From NCBI GenBank assembly GCA_951406725.2, contig OX597818.1, forward strand, positions 89,466,001 to 89,530,000: a DNA stretch of 64,000 nucleotides, in the 5' to 3' direction. Each line of letters starts with the position of its first letter. Position 1 is the stretch's first letter. This stretch comes from Octopus vulgaris. Taxonomy: Eukaryota. A program made the translations under genes and the position numbers. Shown one piece after another: positions 41,022 through 53,645 of this stretch. Under the pieces are notes generated by a model that was given only the letters and a program-made list of their open reading frames with translations, did not search any database and was not told the origin of the DNA.

Positions 41022-41412
41022 CTGAAAATACAAAAAAAAAAGAAAGAATTAGATGCCTTTATATAATGTAAATATGTATATATAATTAATAAGAAAAATA
41101 AGAAAATAAGAAAAATAATAATTGATTTTATTAATTACAAAAATAGACATAATCTCTGACAGCGATTTTGATTCAAACTTTAATTTATCTCTATTTTCTT
41201 AATTTTCTTAAATAAATATAAACCTCAGCTTATTTAAGTACCTATTTTTGAATATTAAACCTAATATTCAAAATAAGTAATAGGTAAGAAACCAGTAAAT
41301 TCATTGGATATAATTATCCCTTAATGAGGCTTATTTAACCTCTAATTGAACTTTTATATATAATTAATAAATGGAAGACAAATGAACAAGAGTTAAGTAA
41401 TGACTTTCATCA

Positions 41413-41491
41413 GCTTACTGCTGTTTTGGCTATAAGGCACCATGCACCCAAAGATGAGTACTAGTGTGACATCTTATAACTTCTTCAGAGC
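41413..41491 (-). ncRNA. Degenerate hammerhead motif (family 3)
   Basis: gct-CTGAAGA-a-gttataag...cttatagc-c-AAAA-cagcag-TA-agc; G12 mutated to A, probably inactive. Confidence 0.6.
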
Positions 41492-41608
41492 TAATTACAA
41501 AAAGTATTTCTTCATTGAGAAAAGCATTTAAATATATAGCTGTACACATACAGACAAAAAAATTCACATCTCAGTGTTAAAATTTATTAACACTGTGAGG
41601 TATAAGTA

Positions 41609-42497
41609 TTGGGTCATCCCATAAATAATGTGGTTTTTTAAAATACTTCTTTTATTTTTCAGAATTAAGATAAAGAAAATTCTTTTTTAATCTAAAATAT
41701 ACTCTCCTTCATTTTCAACAATGTTCTTCCATCTAGCTGATAAATTTGCAAGGACCCTCTTCCAAAATTCACTAGTCCATGACAAAAATTACTCCTCCAT
41801 TACTGTTCTAACCTCGTCTACAGAATTTATATTTTGCCCATCCAAATGATTTTAAAAACTGCAGAATAAATAATAATCAGATGGGACAATGTCTGGTGAA
41901 TATGGTGGGCGGGGCATCGCTTCCCATTCAAACTGCTTCAACTTTGGAATGTCATCCTCGCTGTATGTGGCTGAACATGATCCTGATGGAAGAACATCTT
42001 TCATCTTGAAACCAAAGATAGTCATTTTTCTTCTAGTACTGACTCCAATAACTGGTTGAATGACCAAATCCAAGCTTCTCTGCTAGTTCCTCAACTGTTG
42101 CAATATGTTTTTGTTGAGCTCTACAGATATTCCAGGACGAGGCTCATCTTCTAGGCTGTAACTTCCAGCACAGAACTTCTGGAACCACAGTTGAGACTGG
42201 CTTACGCTTATTGTCTGATCCCTATATACTGCATCTATATTCCTCACATTTTCTGTTGCGTTGGTGCCTTTATTGAACTCATAAAGCAAAATATGCCAAA
42301 TATGCTCCTTTGCCACTTCCTTTATAGCTTTGAAAAGATAACTGTTAAAATCGAACTTCACTCTTCAAAACTTGCACTAAGAATAAATTCAAGGTAAAAT
42401 TACTATATAGCAAGTTGAAGCAGGTAGTTTATCCTGTCCTCCTCAGACTTTTAGTTCATGCAATTGAAAAAATTGCATTACTTATGGGATGACCCAA
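41609..42497 (-). mobile_element. Internally deleted mariner (889 bp) with intact TIRs
   Basis: TA|ttgggtcatcccataa...ttatgggatgacccaa|TA; N-terminal HTH (LEDEPRPG) and PPYSPDIVPSDY fragments. Confidence 0.93.
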
Positions 42498-42616
42498 TAT
42501 ATTGTATTCTAACAACTGGTTATGGGTACTTCTATGACAAAGTGAATTATAATACTTATACCATACATACACCATTCTCCTCTTATGTTCATTTCCAGAC
42601 ACAGAAACATTTCTAT

Positions 42617-43441
42617 AAGTGTCTGGACTGTTGCCATGGATTGACCTTGAACTCTGCTGTGCATGCACACTATGCTTTAACATTCTAGCTCACTTCTGCT
42701 GTTTACAGCAGTGCTTGGAAGGAAGGTGTGTAGTGTATGATTATCGTATTGACCATGACAGAGGAAGTTAAGAAGAGAATCTGCATCATATTTTGTCAAA
42801 AGTTTGGCGATACTTGTTTAGAGGGCTATGCAAAGTTTTCAAAAAGTTTTCATTATTCTCAACAGAATCAAGGAGATCTTGTGCAACTGAAACCTGAGTG
42901 TCTTTTTGGTCAGCTGAAAGCAGTTTTGGCACAAACTTGGCAGACATGTGCCTCATACTCAAATCTTCATTGATAATAGACTGAACTGAACTGTAACTAA
43001 TCTGCACATCCTCTGATAACTCATGGATGGTGATTCAGTAATTTCCCCTCACAACTGCATGCATATGATGTTTTTCTCATTTCTGCTGGTTGCAGGTCTC
43101 CCAGAATATCGACATTTTTTCGGCCATCTTGGAAATATCTGAACCACTCGTACACTTGTGTGTGGCTCATATACTCCTCTCCATACACTTTCTGCAACTT
43201 TGTGCAGGCCTTTCAGCAGGTATTGCTGTGACGACTTCCTCTGTCATGGTCAATGCAATGATCACATGCTACACACCTTCCTTCCAAGCACTGCTATAAA
43301 CAACGGAAGTGAGCTAGAACGTTAAAACTTAGTGTGCATGCACAGCAGGGTTCAAGGTCAATCTTTGACAAGCAGCTTCACTCTGCATTCTTTAGCTTCA
43401 ATACTATGGCAACAGTCCCGATACATACTGATCATACCTCG
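42617..43441. mobile_element. Mariner-derived element with head-to-head duplicated 5' ends
   Basis: inverted repeat about 42640-42770 / 43233-43362; right end ...atcatacctcg|TA; transposase N-terminus MTEEVKKRICIIFC (+) and SAKFVPKLLS (-). Confidence 0.8.
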
Positions 43442-44085
43442 TACATAACTTTGTCCTTATTTTATTGTTTGCTGTATTTACATTCTCTCTCTTTCTTTCT
43501 GTATATATACACACACACACACATATATTATAAATGAAAGGCTCCAATTTCCAGTACTTGGAGTTGCTCGTTTCCGATCAACAGCTGGTAAATTGAGCCT
43601 GGTTTTCTTTTGCATATCCACTGTCAGAATATTTTTTGAAATATGAAATGAAACTTTGAAAGAAATGCATATTCTTATAGTTTTTTCATTTAAAAACCAT
43701 TGTGAACAACACATGTGAAGACAACTGCTTCAAGTTCATGGTTTTGATTTAATTTCTGATTCTCCTGGTAAAATTGTTCTCAACATTATAAACTGTATAT
43801 TGCATTTCTGTTTAAGCAATGTTCCAAAATAATACTTTTAATTAATGTTTTCAAAAACAATAAGTGTCTATGCAGGTGTTCATTTTGCATGTGGCTGTGC
43901 AAAAGAATACATATATACATATATACATAAACAGAATTATATATTTATGTATACATATACACATATGCCTATATACATATACTTACATATAGACATGCAC
44001 ACAAACATATTAAAACATATATCAATAAAACCCATTAATCAAACATTTCAAAGATCAATGTCTTTTTTCTGAACCAGAACAAGAT

Positions 44086-44343
44086 TCAAGGAGGCTTGTA
44101 TTTGCATAAAAGATATTTAGCCATATGCATACAAGGCGTTAACAGTTCATTTCCTTTGTTCAAACTATTGGTGCCTTGAGTCAAAATACTCAGTTTTTCA
44201 TTCAAACAGTCACACTGTATCTTTGATTTGAGGTTTCCATTCCTGTAAGGTTGCGTATTATCTACAATAGACCAGGTAATTTTGAATTCATGAGGACTTG
44301 TCTCACACAAGAACCATATGAATTTTGACAAAGCTGAGCACAT
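44086..44343 (-). mobile_element. Penelope-like element, C-terminal endonuclease fragment
   Basis: LSKFIW..ITWSI..C.CLNEKL.I..LNK..EL..C.H..K.LL matches the PLE GIY-YIG C-terminus. Confidence 0.8.
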
Positions 44344-44431
44344 TTTCTATCAGGGTTATGCTTGTGCTTGTGCTTGTAATGCTTATGCTTGTAATAACGG
44401 TTTTTGAATGTGAGTTCCATTGCCCTAATAT

Positions 44432-45400
44432 ATGTTTAGGTGGTCACAGTTTCCTATCCCACTTTCTTTTGCCATGAGCAAAAATAAAACTCAGGGCCAA
44501 ACACTAAAAGTTGCAGGATTGCAACTTGAAGAACCATGCTTTTCACATGGCCAACTTTATGTAGAAGCATCACGTGTGGGAGAAAAGGCAAATCTTTTTG
44601 CTTATGCACACCAAAATAAAACAAAAAACATTGTTTATAAAGAAATATTCACTCTTAATACAACATGAATACTTCAATAATTTAACGTGTATGACATCAA
44701 TCTTTTTTCTACTTATACTTCAATAACTTAATCTGCTATTACTGTCATTACATTTAAGAATGATTAAATTACCTATTTAAATGACCTGTATTGTATAATT
44801 GCCATCACTCTATTGATAAATAAAATAACACATATGATTAATTTATTATTGTCATATGATAAACAAAAAGATGTTTGTGTATGAAATCCATCTTTTTTTT
44901 TTTTTTTTACATCAATTATTATGTTTTTCTCTTATAAAATACACTCACACAGGAGGAGTAAATCTAAATCTGTAGTGGTAGTCTCACCCTGGTTCAGATT
45001 TGAAACATTATGTAGGAGCATCATATGTGGGACCAAAAGCAAATCTTTTTGCTTATGCATCCCGAAATAAAACAAAAAAGATTGTTTACAAAGAAATATT
45101 CACTCTTAATGCAACATGAATACTTCCATAAATTAATTTTCCATTACTATCATTACATTCAAGAATAAAATCGATCTTTTTCTCCTTCAATTATTATATG
45201 CCTTTCTCTTATAAAATACACAAATACAGGGGGTTCATGTATGAAATTGATCTTTTTTCTACTTCAGTTATTACATATTTTTCTCTAATAAAAATACACA
45301 CATACAGGAGGAGTAAATTATATATATAATAATACTTTCAATGTGGCTCTCGAGAAACAGTAAAAGTAATTACCCGATGAACAGCAGGTGTTACTGCTAG
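44432..45400 (+). mobile_element. Helitron 3' portion: PIF1-like helicase C-terminus and CTAG end
   Basis: QFP..LSFAMS.NK.QGQTL...G..L..PCFSHGQLYV..SRV motif; ends ...ttactgCTAG|T. Confidence 0.92.
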
Positions 45401-46010
45401 TATATATATATTTGTGTAAATGTTGAACAATGGGAATGAGTGCTCAGCACTGCATTGTGGGTGTAGGCAACATTATAGGAAAATATACACCTTGGTGTTC
45501 TGCATTTATCTTAGTAGACACTAACAATCCTCAGTGGGTTACTTCTACTCTGCATCCACTGATAAATGATGCTATTTTCTTACATCACTGTTTGGATTTA
45601 GTTATATAGTCACCTACACATTTGGGTAAAGGGTCAAAGAAAACATGATTGGCAGATCACAGAAAAAAATTTCATATAAATCTTCATCCTTGTGGAAGCG
45701 CTTGATAAACTTTAACCCTTTTGATACCATGTTTCAGTTGGCTTTTGTTTCAATTAAGTTTGAAGAATTTAATGAAATGTTTATAAAAGAACCAAATAAA
45801 ACAACATGCTATTATTACCAAGGTGTTTGGAACATTAATTAACATGAAATTTTGATGGAAGGTTCTAATTGAGATCACTTTAAAACATGTAGTTTGTATC
45901 ATAGATTCAGGGACAGCTGCAGGTAGGTTGGTATTGAAAATGTTTTACCTCTTTGATAACAATCTGAGAGAGACTCTCCTAGACAGAAAGATATGAGCAA
46001 AGATATGAAA

Positions 46011-46243
46011 GGCGGCGAGCTGGCAGAAACGTTAGCACGTCGGGTGAAATACTTAGCAGTATTTCCTATGCCGCTACGTTCTGAGTTCAAATTCCGCCGA
46101 GGTCGACTTTGCCTTTCATCCTTTCGGGGTCAATTAAATAAGTACCAGTTACGCACTGGGGTCGATATAATCGACTTAATCCGTTTGTCTGTCTTTGTTT
46201 GTCCCCTCTGTGTGTAGCCCCTTGTGGGCAGTAAAGGAATAAG
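46011..46243 (+). mobile_element. tRNA-derived SINE family B (MetaSINE-like central domain); copies at about 12642, 14055, 22445-23135 (x3), 26196-26760 (tandem), 32627-33170 (x2), 38226, 39884, 48081 and 61822
   Basis: gagctggcagaa / gagttcaaattc boxes and gcctttcatcctttcggggtcga..aagtaccag domain. Confidence 0.9.
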
Positions 46244-48429
46244 AAAAATACGAGCAGTAGGCTTGGATTAATATATAGGTCAGCAATAGTGAACCGTTTA
46301 AGCTCAACAAATTGAAATCTAAAACATTTTAATAATCCTACACTTACAAATAAGTAGTCTGTTTTATCAATGCATTTATAAAACTTGAAGATTAATAAAA
46401 TATAACTTGAAATTTCAAAAAGTTACCTGAACTTCAAAGTCTTTTTCATTGCTGTGTTTGGGAAGAAATTTGCTTTACGGAAGAAATAAAAAAGCATAAA
46501 TTTCAATGCTATGGATACAGCATTCTAGTCATCACTAATTGGTTTATCTGGTTCATTTTCATATTAGTTACTATGAGAACAATGTTCCCCATGAATATGT
46601 TAATGAGAAAATGGTAAGGAATACTTTTTCAAGAATTTTAAGAGAGTCAAAATTTCGTTTCAAATGCAGTTCCACAAACTCAGAAGTTTACAGTCTAAAT
46701 ATTTTATATACATTCCTGTTCAATTTGTTTTACACTATGCCCCTCCCCTCTCAAAGATTCCTTGTCTTGCAAAGTTACTAGGTGGCCCAGCCAGTGCAGG
46801 TGACACTTAAAAAGTATCCAGCCCACACTGTAAAGTGGCTGGCATTTGGAAGGTCATCCAGCTGTAAAAACTATGTCAAAACTGACCTCGCCTGTACTGG
46901 TGCCATGTAAAAAGCACTTAGTCTACTCTGTGGAGTGGATGATGCTAAGAAGGGCATCCATCCATAAAAAATCTATGCCAAAACAGACATAGAAGTATGG
47001 TGTGGACTTCTGTCTGGCCAGCTACTGTCAAACTGTCCAACCCATGCCAGCATGGAAGGAGGAGGAGATTGATAGTGGAGTGAAATTTTGCTTCCAAACA
47101 GAAAGGGATCCATGGTCAACTGACTGCATTTCTAGATCTATTAAACGTCTCTAAATACAAATATGAAAAATTTGCTTCATTTTATATATTCATACAAAGC
47201 TTTGCTTTCATCATCATTATTATTGTCATCATTTTCACGTCCATTTATACTTGCATGAGTCAGACAGAGCTTATTGAGGCAGATTTTCTAGAGTCAAATA
47301 CCTTACCTGTCACCAACTCCTCATCTGTTTGCAAGTAAAGAAATATTTCTACATGGCCTGATATGTTCTCCCAGAATATTAGAAATGGATGACACTGCTT
47401 ATATGACAGTGACAATCATTTTTCAACTAGCATGTGATGTCGAAGCAAGGACACACACACACACAGACATACGACAAGCTTCTTTCATTTCAGTTTCCAA
47501 CTATGAAATCAAGGCTTTGGTTGGCCCGGGGGCTATAGTAAAAGAAACTAGCCCAAAGTGCCCAGCAGTGGGACTGAACTCCAAACCATGTAGCTGTAGT
47601 TGTAAGGTAAACTTCTTACCACACAGCCGAACTTAAACTATGATCATACGACATCTCTACTTCCATAACTTTTGGTCGACGTTGGTCCTAGTTTATTACC
47701 CTTCATCAATAATGAAATACTTTAATTATACAGCAAGTGTGAAACAGTATTTAGAGCATTTACACTTAGAACTAAATCAGGTTGATTGATTTGAATATTA
47801 GACACATTTTTGACTGTTACTTCTGTTATGTAAATTACTTACATGCCAACTGTTGATAGATTTCATACAAAAGTGTTATTATGAAGCATTTCCATAAAGT
47901 TTATGGCTGTCACTGCTTTGGTAAGTCAAATTTAATTCTTTAGCATTTAGATTATTCTGTCAAATGTAATGCTTATTTATCCACATTGTTTTGAATTAAT
48001 CATGCATTAACTTGTAATTTCAGGATTCCAAAAATGTGATTATTTGTTTTTTGAATGACATTATAGGGTATATATGCGTAAGGTGGCGAGCTGGCAGAAA
48101 CATTAGCATGCCGGGCGAAATGCTTAGCGGTATTTCGTCTGCCGCTATGTTCTGAGTTCAAATTCCACCGAGGTCGGCTTTGCCTTTCATCCTTTCAGGG
48201 TCGATTAAATAAGTACCAGTTACGCACTGGGGTCGATATAATCAGCTTAATCCATTTGTCCGTCCTTGTTTGTCCTTTCTGTGTTTAGCCCCTTGTGAGT
48301 AGTAAAGAAATGGGTATGTACGCGTGGCCAAATCTGGCCAGTTTGAACATAAAACAGGTAGCATATATGGGCTGAATGTGAGCAATTTAAATGCTAAAGG
48401 GTTAAAGTAGGCAGTAAAGCAGATATTGG

Positions 48430-48725
48430 ACTGTTAAGGAAGCAAAACCTGGAATCAAAAGGCTTTGAAGTTAACCTAGCAAAAACCAAAGTTGTTGTTA
48501 GCAAGAAAGCAGATACAACTCTCTTTTCATCAGGTAAATGGCCTTGCTCAGTTTGTAAGAAAGGAGTGGGAAGTAATTCCATTCACTGTACCCAGTGTAA
48601 GCCACGGACACATAAGAGATGCTGTGGAATCACAGGTAGATTAATTGATAAGGTCGACTTCATGTGTGGCAAATGTGCAGGCATAATAAGCACTAAGAAC
48701 ATGTGGGACTTAGACTCTCTCAAAT
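48430..48725 (+). mobile_element. RTE-clade LINE fragment (RT end plus Cys-rich finger)
   Basis: LESKG..VNLAKTKV, KWPCSVCKKGVGSNSIHCTQC..HKRCCGI..C..C. Confidence 0.85.
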
Positions 48726-48957
48726 GGCCAACCCATAGGTTGGAGAGCTGGCAGAATTGTTAGCACACTGGGTAAAGTATTTAATGAAATTTCTTTTGGT
48801 TCTTTACATTCTGAGTACAAATTCCACTGAGGCCAAATGTGCCTTTCCTCCTTTCAAGGTTGATAAAACAAGAACTAGTTGAGTACTGGGCTCAATGTAA
48901 TTGATTACCCTACTCCCAACAAAATTTCTCTTGATCAACGACAGGTATTACTGCTAG

Positions 48958-49185
48958 TATGTATATATATATATTTATATATATATACATACATATATAT
49001 ATATATATATACATACACATACATATATATATATTCATACACATACATATATATATACATACACATACATATATATATACATACACATACATATATATAT
49101 ATACATACATATATATATATATACATACATATATACATACATATATATATATATACATACATATATACATACATATATATATATA

Positions 49186-49252
<67 letters not shown>
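48958..49252. repeat. Compound (TA)n/(TACA)n microsatellite; similar tracts at about 16665-16865, 20593-20708, 24045-24191, 25020-25081 and 60650-60800
   Basis: direct inspection. Confidence 0.97.
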
Positions 49253-49254
<2 letters not shown>

Positions 49255-49353
49255 ATAGAAATGGTAAGACAGCAAAAGAATGAAAGTGACCTCGATATGT
49301 AAACAGAGGAATTTATCTGTAAATATAATACGTGACAATTATTCGATAGCCAT

Positions 49354-49414
49354 GATAAAACTCCGAGTTTCGGATTTCGGGGCGGAAACCCATACTGCCA
49401 TCTCTTCAGTTATC
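49354..49414 (-). ncRNA. Type I hammerhead ribozyme motif (family 2), inverted copy
   Basis: gataa-CTGAAGA-...-GAAA-ctcggag-TT-ttatc on the minus strand; stem II more degenerate. Confidence 0.65.
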
Positions 49415-49473
49415 CAGCCATTGAAAGAATGCTCTAATTAGAATAAGACTTCGAAGCATTTTTTCGATGGCTG

Positions 49474-49534
49474 GATAACTGAAGAGATGGTGGCGTGGGC
49501 TTCCGCCCCGACATCCGAAACTCAGAGTTTTATC
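49474..49534 (+). ncRNA. Type I hammerhead ribozyme motif (family 2, CUGAAGA core)
   Basis: gataa-CTGAAGA-gatg..gggc ttcc gccc..catcc-GAAA-ctcagag-TT-ttatc; GUU triplet. Confidence 0.75.
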
Positions 49535-49569
49535 ATGGCTACCAAATAATTGTCACATATTATATTTAC

Positions 49570-49605
<36 letters not shown>

Positions 49606-49632
49606 GAAAAAAGCAACAAGAATGGATCAATA

Positions 49633-49721
49633 TTTCGGTACAATTATTTCGTACGAAGACAGCTTTATCAAGGCTGCAAATATTGCAGTAAATATAAGTG
49701 ACCCATACTCATCAGCCGAAA
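49633..49721 (-). ncRNA. Type I hammerhead ribozyme motif (family 1, diverged subfamily)
   Basis: tttcgg-CTGATGA-gtatggg...ttcgtac-GAAA-taattg-TA-ccgaaa; stem I covaries with the 59.9 kb copy. Confidence 0.85.
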
Positions 49722-49786
49722 AAACATCTGGGTTCTCCAAACATCTAAGGGGGTGGTGTTACACTCCTGAAACATCAGGGATAGTT

Positions 49787-49817
<31 letters not shown>

Positions 49818-50670
49818 TGCATAAATGTTGAACAATAAGAATGAGTGCTCAGCACTGCATTGGTGGATGAAATTTCTTCATGTGTGTATTAAGGCTACCA
49901 TTTGTTTCATGTTAAGAAAATATCTTAATATCTTAACAAATTTTCAAGCCAGTCACTTGGAGGAATGGTGTTCATCGCCATATATGTATATATATTCATA
50001 GCGCCCATTATGTGAGTGTAGGTAACACTATAGGAAAATATATATTGTTTGGTGTTCTGCATTTATCTTAGTAGACACTAACAATCCTTAGTGGGTTACT
50101 TCTATTCTGCATCCACTGATAAATGATGCTGTTTTCTTACATCATTGTTTGGATTTAGTCACATAGTCACCTACATCACCTACACATTTCGGTAAAGAGT
50201 CAAAGAAAGCATGATTGGCAGATCACAGATACTGCCTATAGTATAATGAATTACATGTTCATCAAATGTTCTCTCTAAATTTGTATTATAGATCTAGGAG
50301 TAGTCTCAGATGGATTAGTACCAAATCCGCTTTTAACATTCTTAGACAGAGGGATATGAGCAGTTAGATTAAATTAGTAAAGGTTAGTGATAACAAACCT
50401 TTTAAGCTCAATGCGTTGAAATTAAAAAAATTTTTCATTATCCAGTAATTAAAATGTCACAAGATACAAATATTTTAATATTAGGTTCATTACACATTCA
50501 TCTAACATAGGCACAGGCATGGCTGTGTGGTAAGTAGCTTGCTTGCCAGCCACATGGTTCTGGATTCGGTCCTATTGTATGGCATCTTGGGTAAGTGTCT
50601 TCTACTATAGCCACAGGCCAACCAAAGCCCTGTGAGTGGATTTGGTAGGCAGAAACTGAAAGAAGCCTGT

Positions 50671-50712
<42 letters not shown>

Positions 50713-51766
50713 CATGTATGTTTGTGTGTCTGTCTTTGTCCCCACACCATCGTCTGACAACTGATGTTGGTGTGTTTACATCCCCGTAACTTAGCAGTTC
50801 AGCAAAAGAGACCAATAGAATAAGTATTAGGCATACAAAGAATAAGTCCTGGGATCGCTTCGTTCGACTAAATGCAGTGCTCCAGCATGGCCACAGTCAT
50901 ATGACAAAAAGAAATAAAAGAATACCCTCAAACTTTTTGTTTTTTGTTTTTGCTGTGGGTACATAGAGAAATTTGCATCATGTTTAAATTTTTTTTTTTT
51001 TTTACATGTGCATCCACGTGAGTAACCATCAATTAAAAATTTGATTTCATAATGAAAATCATGTGAGCACATTTTTTCCCTTCCCTTGTTGTAAAACATG
51101 TGCACATGCAAATAACTTAGATGGAACACCATCTGTGACTCTCATTTATTCTTCATGGTGACATTGTATAATATAAACATGACAGATGTTTATAACTGCC
51201 TCTTGCATCCCATAAATTTGATTAGCTTATGAAAGCAGTGGTAAATTTTACTAATTTTCAAAATAAATTTAAATACAGTGTATTTCAACAGTTACACAGT
51301 AACAAAAGGGTTATGATGGTATATTGTGATTTTAGACAATTTGGCTGTTATGTCTAGCAACCATGTAGAGCTTTCCTCATTAGCTCATTGATCAGTTTGT
51401 TGTTGTGCAACCCATCAGATCTAAATTGTCCAAGGTTACACCTCGTTTGACTAGTTTGCAATTAGTGACTGATGGACAATGAAGCTATTATTTACTTTAG
51501 TTTGACAGCCAAATACATAATATAGATTTTATTATTTTTTTTTTTTTATTTCAGTCATTGGACTGTGGCCATGCTGGGGTACTATCTTGAAGGACAACAA
51601 ATCAACCTAGATACTTATATTTTTAAAGGCTGGTACTTATTATATCAGACTCTTTTGCTGAACTAAATAATAGGGACTTAAGCAGACAAACACCAATTGT
51701 TAAGTGAATGGTGGTGGTGGGGAAAAACACATGTGTTTGTCCCCAACAGTCATACACATACATTTA

Positions 51767-51950
51767 TATGAGAGGGTACAAAAAAGTTCCTGGCTTTGGG
51801 TAAAAGAAAATACAGGAGGATCAGTTAATTATAATTTTATTCAACACATTTCCATCTCAGATTCACCCACTTATTGCAGTGGTCCTTCTGTTTATCTAAG
51901 CCCTGTAAAAGAACTTGGAAGGTTGGACTTCCAACCAGGCCTTTCACAAT
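51767..51950 (-). mobile_element. Mariner 3'-end fragment
   Basis: TIR-like tatgagagggtacaaaaaagttcc followed by degenerate transposase C-terminal sequence. Confidence 0.55.
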
Positions 51951-53600
51951 AACATTTTCATCATCCAACACAAGATCACCTCCTTCAATGCCTCCTCCCC
52001 TCTTGAATGCCTCTATTTTTTTTTTTGTCTTGAAAGTACTTGGTGACCCTGTCAGTGCAGGTGCCACTTAAAAGCACCCAGTCCACACTGTAAAGTGGTT
52101 GGTGTTTGGAAGGGCATCCAGCTGGAAAAATCTTGTCAAAACTGACCTCATCTATGCTTGTGCCATGTAAAAAGCACTAAGTCCACTCTGATGAGTGGTT
52201 GGTGTTAGGAAGGGCATCCAGCTGTAAAAATCCTCCAAAACAGTCACAGAAGTCTAGTGAAGGCTTTGGCCTGGCCAGCACTTGTGAAACCATCCCATCC
52301 ATGCAGGCATTGAAGGCAGATGTTAAACGATGATATGTGTGCATGTGTGTGTGGTGGGGTTCACATAACTACCATTTATCAAATACAGGGACAAGGCCTT
52401 GGTTAGCACAGGGCAATAATAGAAAATACTCGCCTAAGGCACCATGCAGTGGTACTGAACCTGAAACCACATGGTTGCAAAGTAAGCTTTTTAACCACAC
52501 TGCCATAATATCCTGAAACTGTGTCTTTTACCAGCATTAGAAAGAGATTTTGAATTTAAGGTTTTTCAAACATGTTTCAAGTCTATTCTTGAAACTGGTC
52601 GATTTACCTAATGACTAGAAAACTTCCTTTGATGAATAATTGATTCTAATTTATTTTCGCTCTTAATTAGTTTGAGAAAGTCTACTGCCAGTTTGGCTAT
52701 AATTCAACCTCGTTACATATGTCTTAACTAATTTATATGAATCACCTTTTTATTCTTCCATCAGTTGGTTGTCTAACAAGTTGACAACCTCCCTTGTTAA
52801 TTGATTTGACTGCTTTGTTTATCATTGCTGCTGCTGTTTAACCCCAGGTCAGGCCTGATTGAGTAGATCTATTACACTGGGTAACACAATTTTTGTTCTT
52901 AGGTAGCAACTGTTTCCTATTTGCTTACTCCTAGAAAGTATGAAAAATGGCTAATATTTCCTTCAAACTTAGTTTTTGCTACATTTATTCAAACCCCAAA
53001 GAATCCCTCTCTGCACATGGCTATGATGTTCCCCCAATACTCCTGCTCATGATCAAAGATGCATATATTGTCTGCTACTAAAGGACATGTTCAAGTGATT
53101 AAGGTAAAGCAAGTGATACCCCTAGAAAGTATGAAAAATGGCTGATATTTCCTTCAAACTTTGCTTTTGCTACGTTTATTCCAACCCCAAAGGATCCCTC
53201 TCTGCACATGGTTATGATGCTCCCCCACTACTCCTGCTCATGATCAAAGATACACTTATTGTCAACTACTAAGGGACATGCTCAAGTGGTTAAGGTCAAG
53301 CAAGTGACAAGCAAATCTGTGGTACCGAGCAAAATATTTGCTACAACAATATTTCTGCTTCAGTACCTCAGTACTGAATCTCTCTGAAATGTAATGGAAA
53401 ATTGGTCAGTTTCAAAACATTGATGTGAAGGTCACAAAAGCAAAGTTTGAAGGGAATAGTAGTCATTTCCTTTGATTTTTAGATAGAAGCAAATAGGAAA
53501 TAACACTTACTGGCCTAACACAAAAAAAAAAATAAATAAAAATTTTGTTACAATGATATCAAAAGCATTCTATCCTGTTTTTAGCTTTTGTTCTTCAGCC

Positions 53601-53645
<45 letters not shown>

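Larger units (their letters stand above)
49314..49574. repeat. Short palindrome (about 120-bp arms, 21-nt loop) carrying two hammerheads, in (TA)n
   Basis: tatctgtaaatataata...gaatgct / agcatt...tattatatttacagata. Confidence 0.85.

Noticed and set aside
48879-49338. YI/IY-rich ORFs (also at 16.6-16.9, 24.0-24.3 and 60.6-61.0 kb)
   Set aside because: Translations of (TA)n microsatellites
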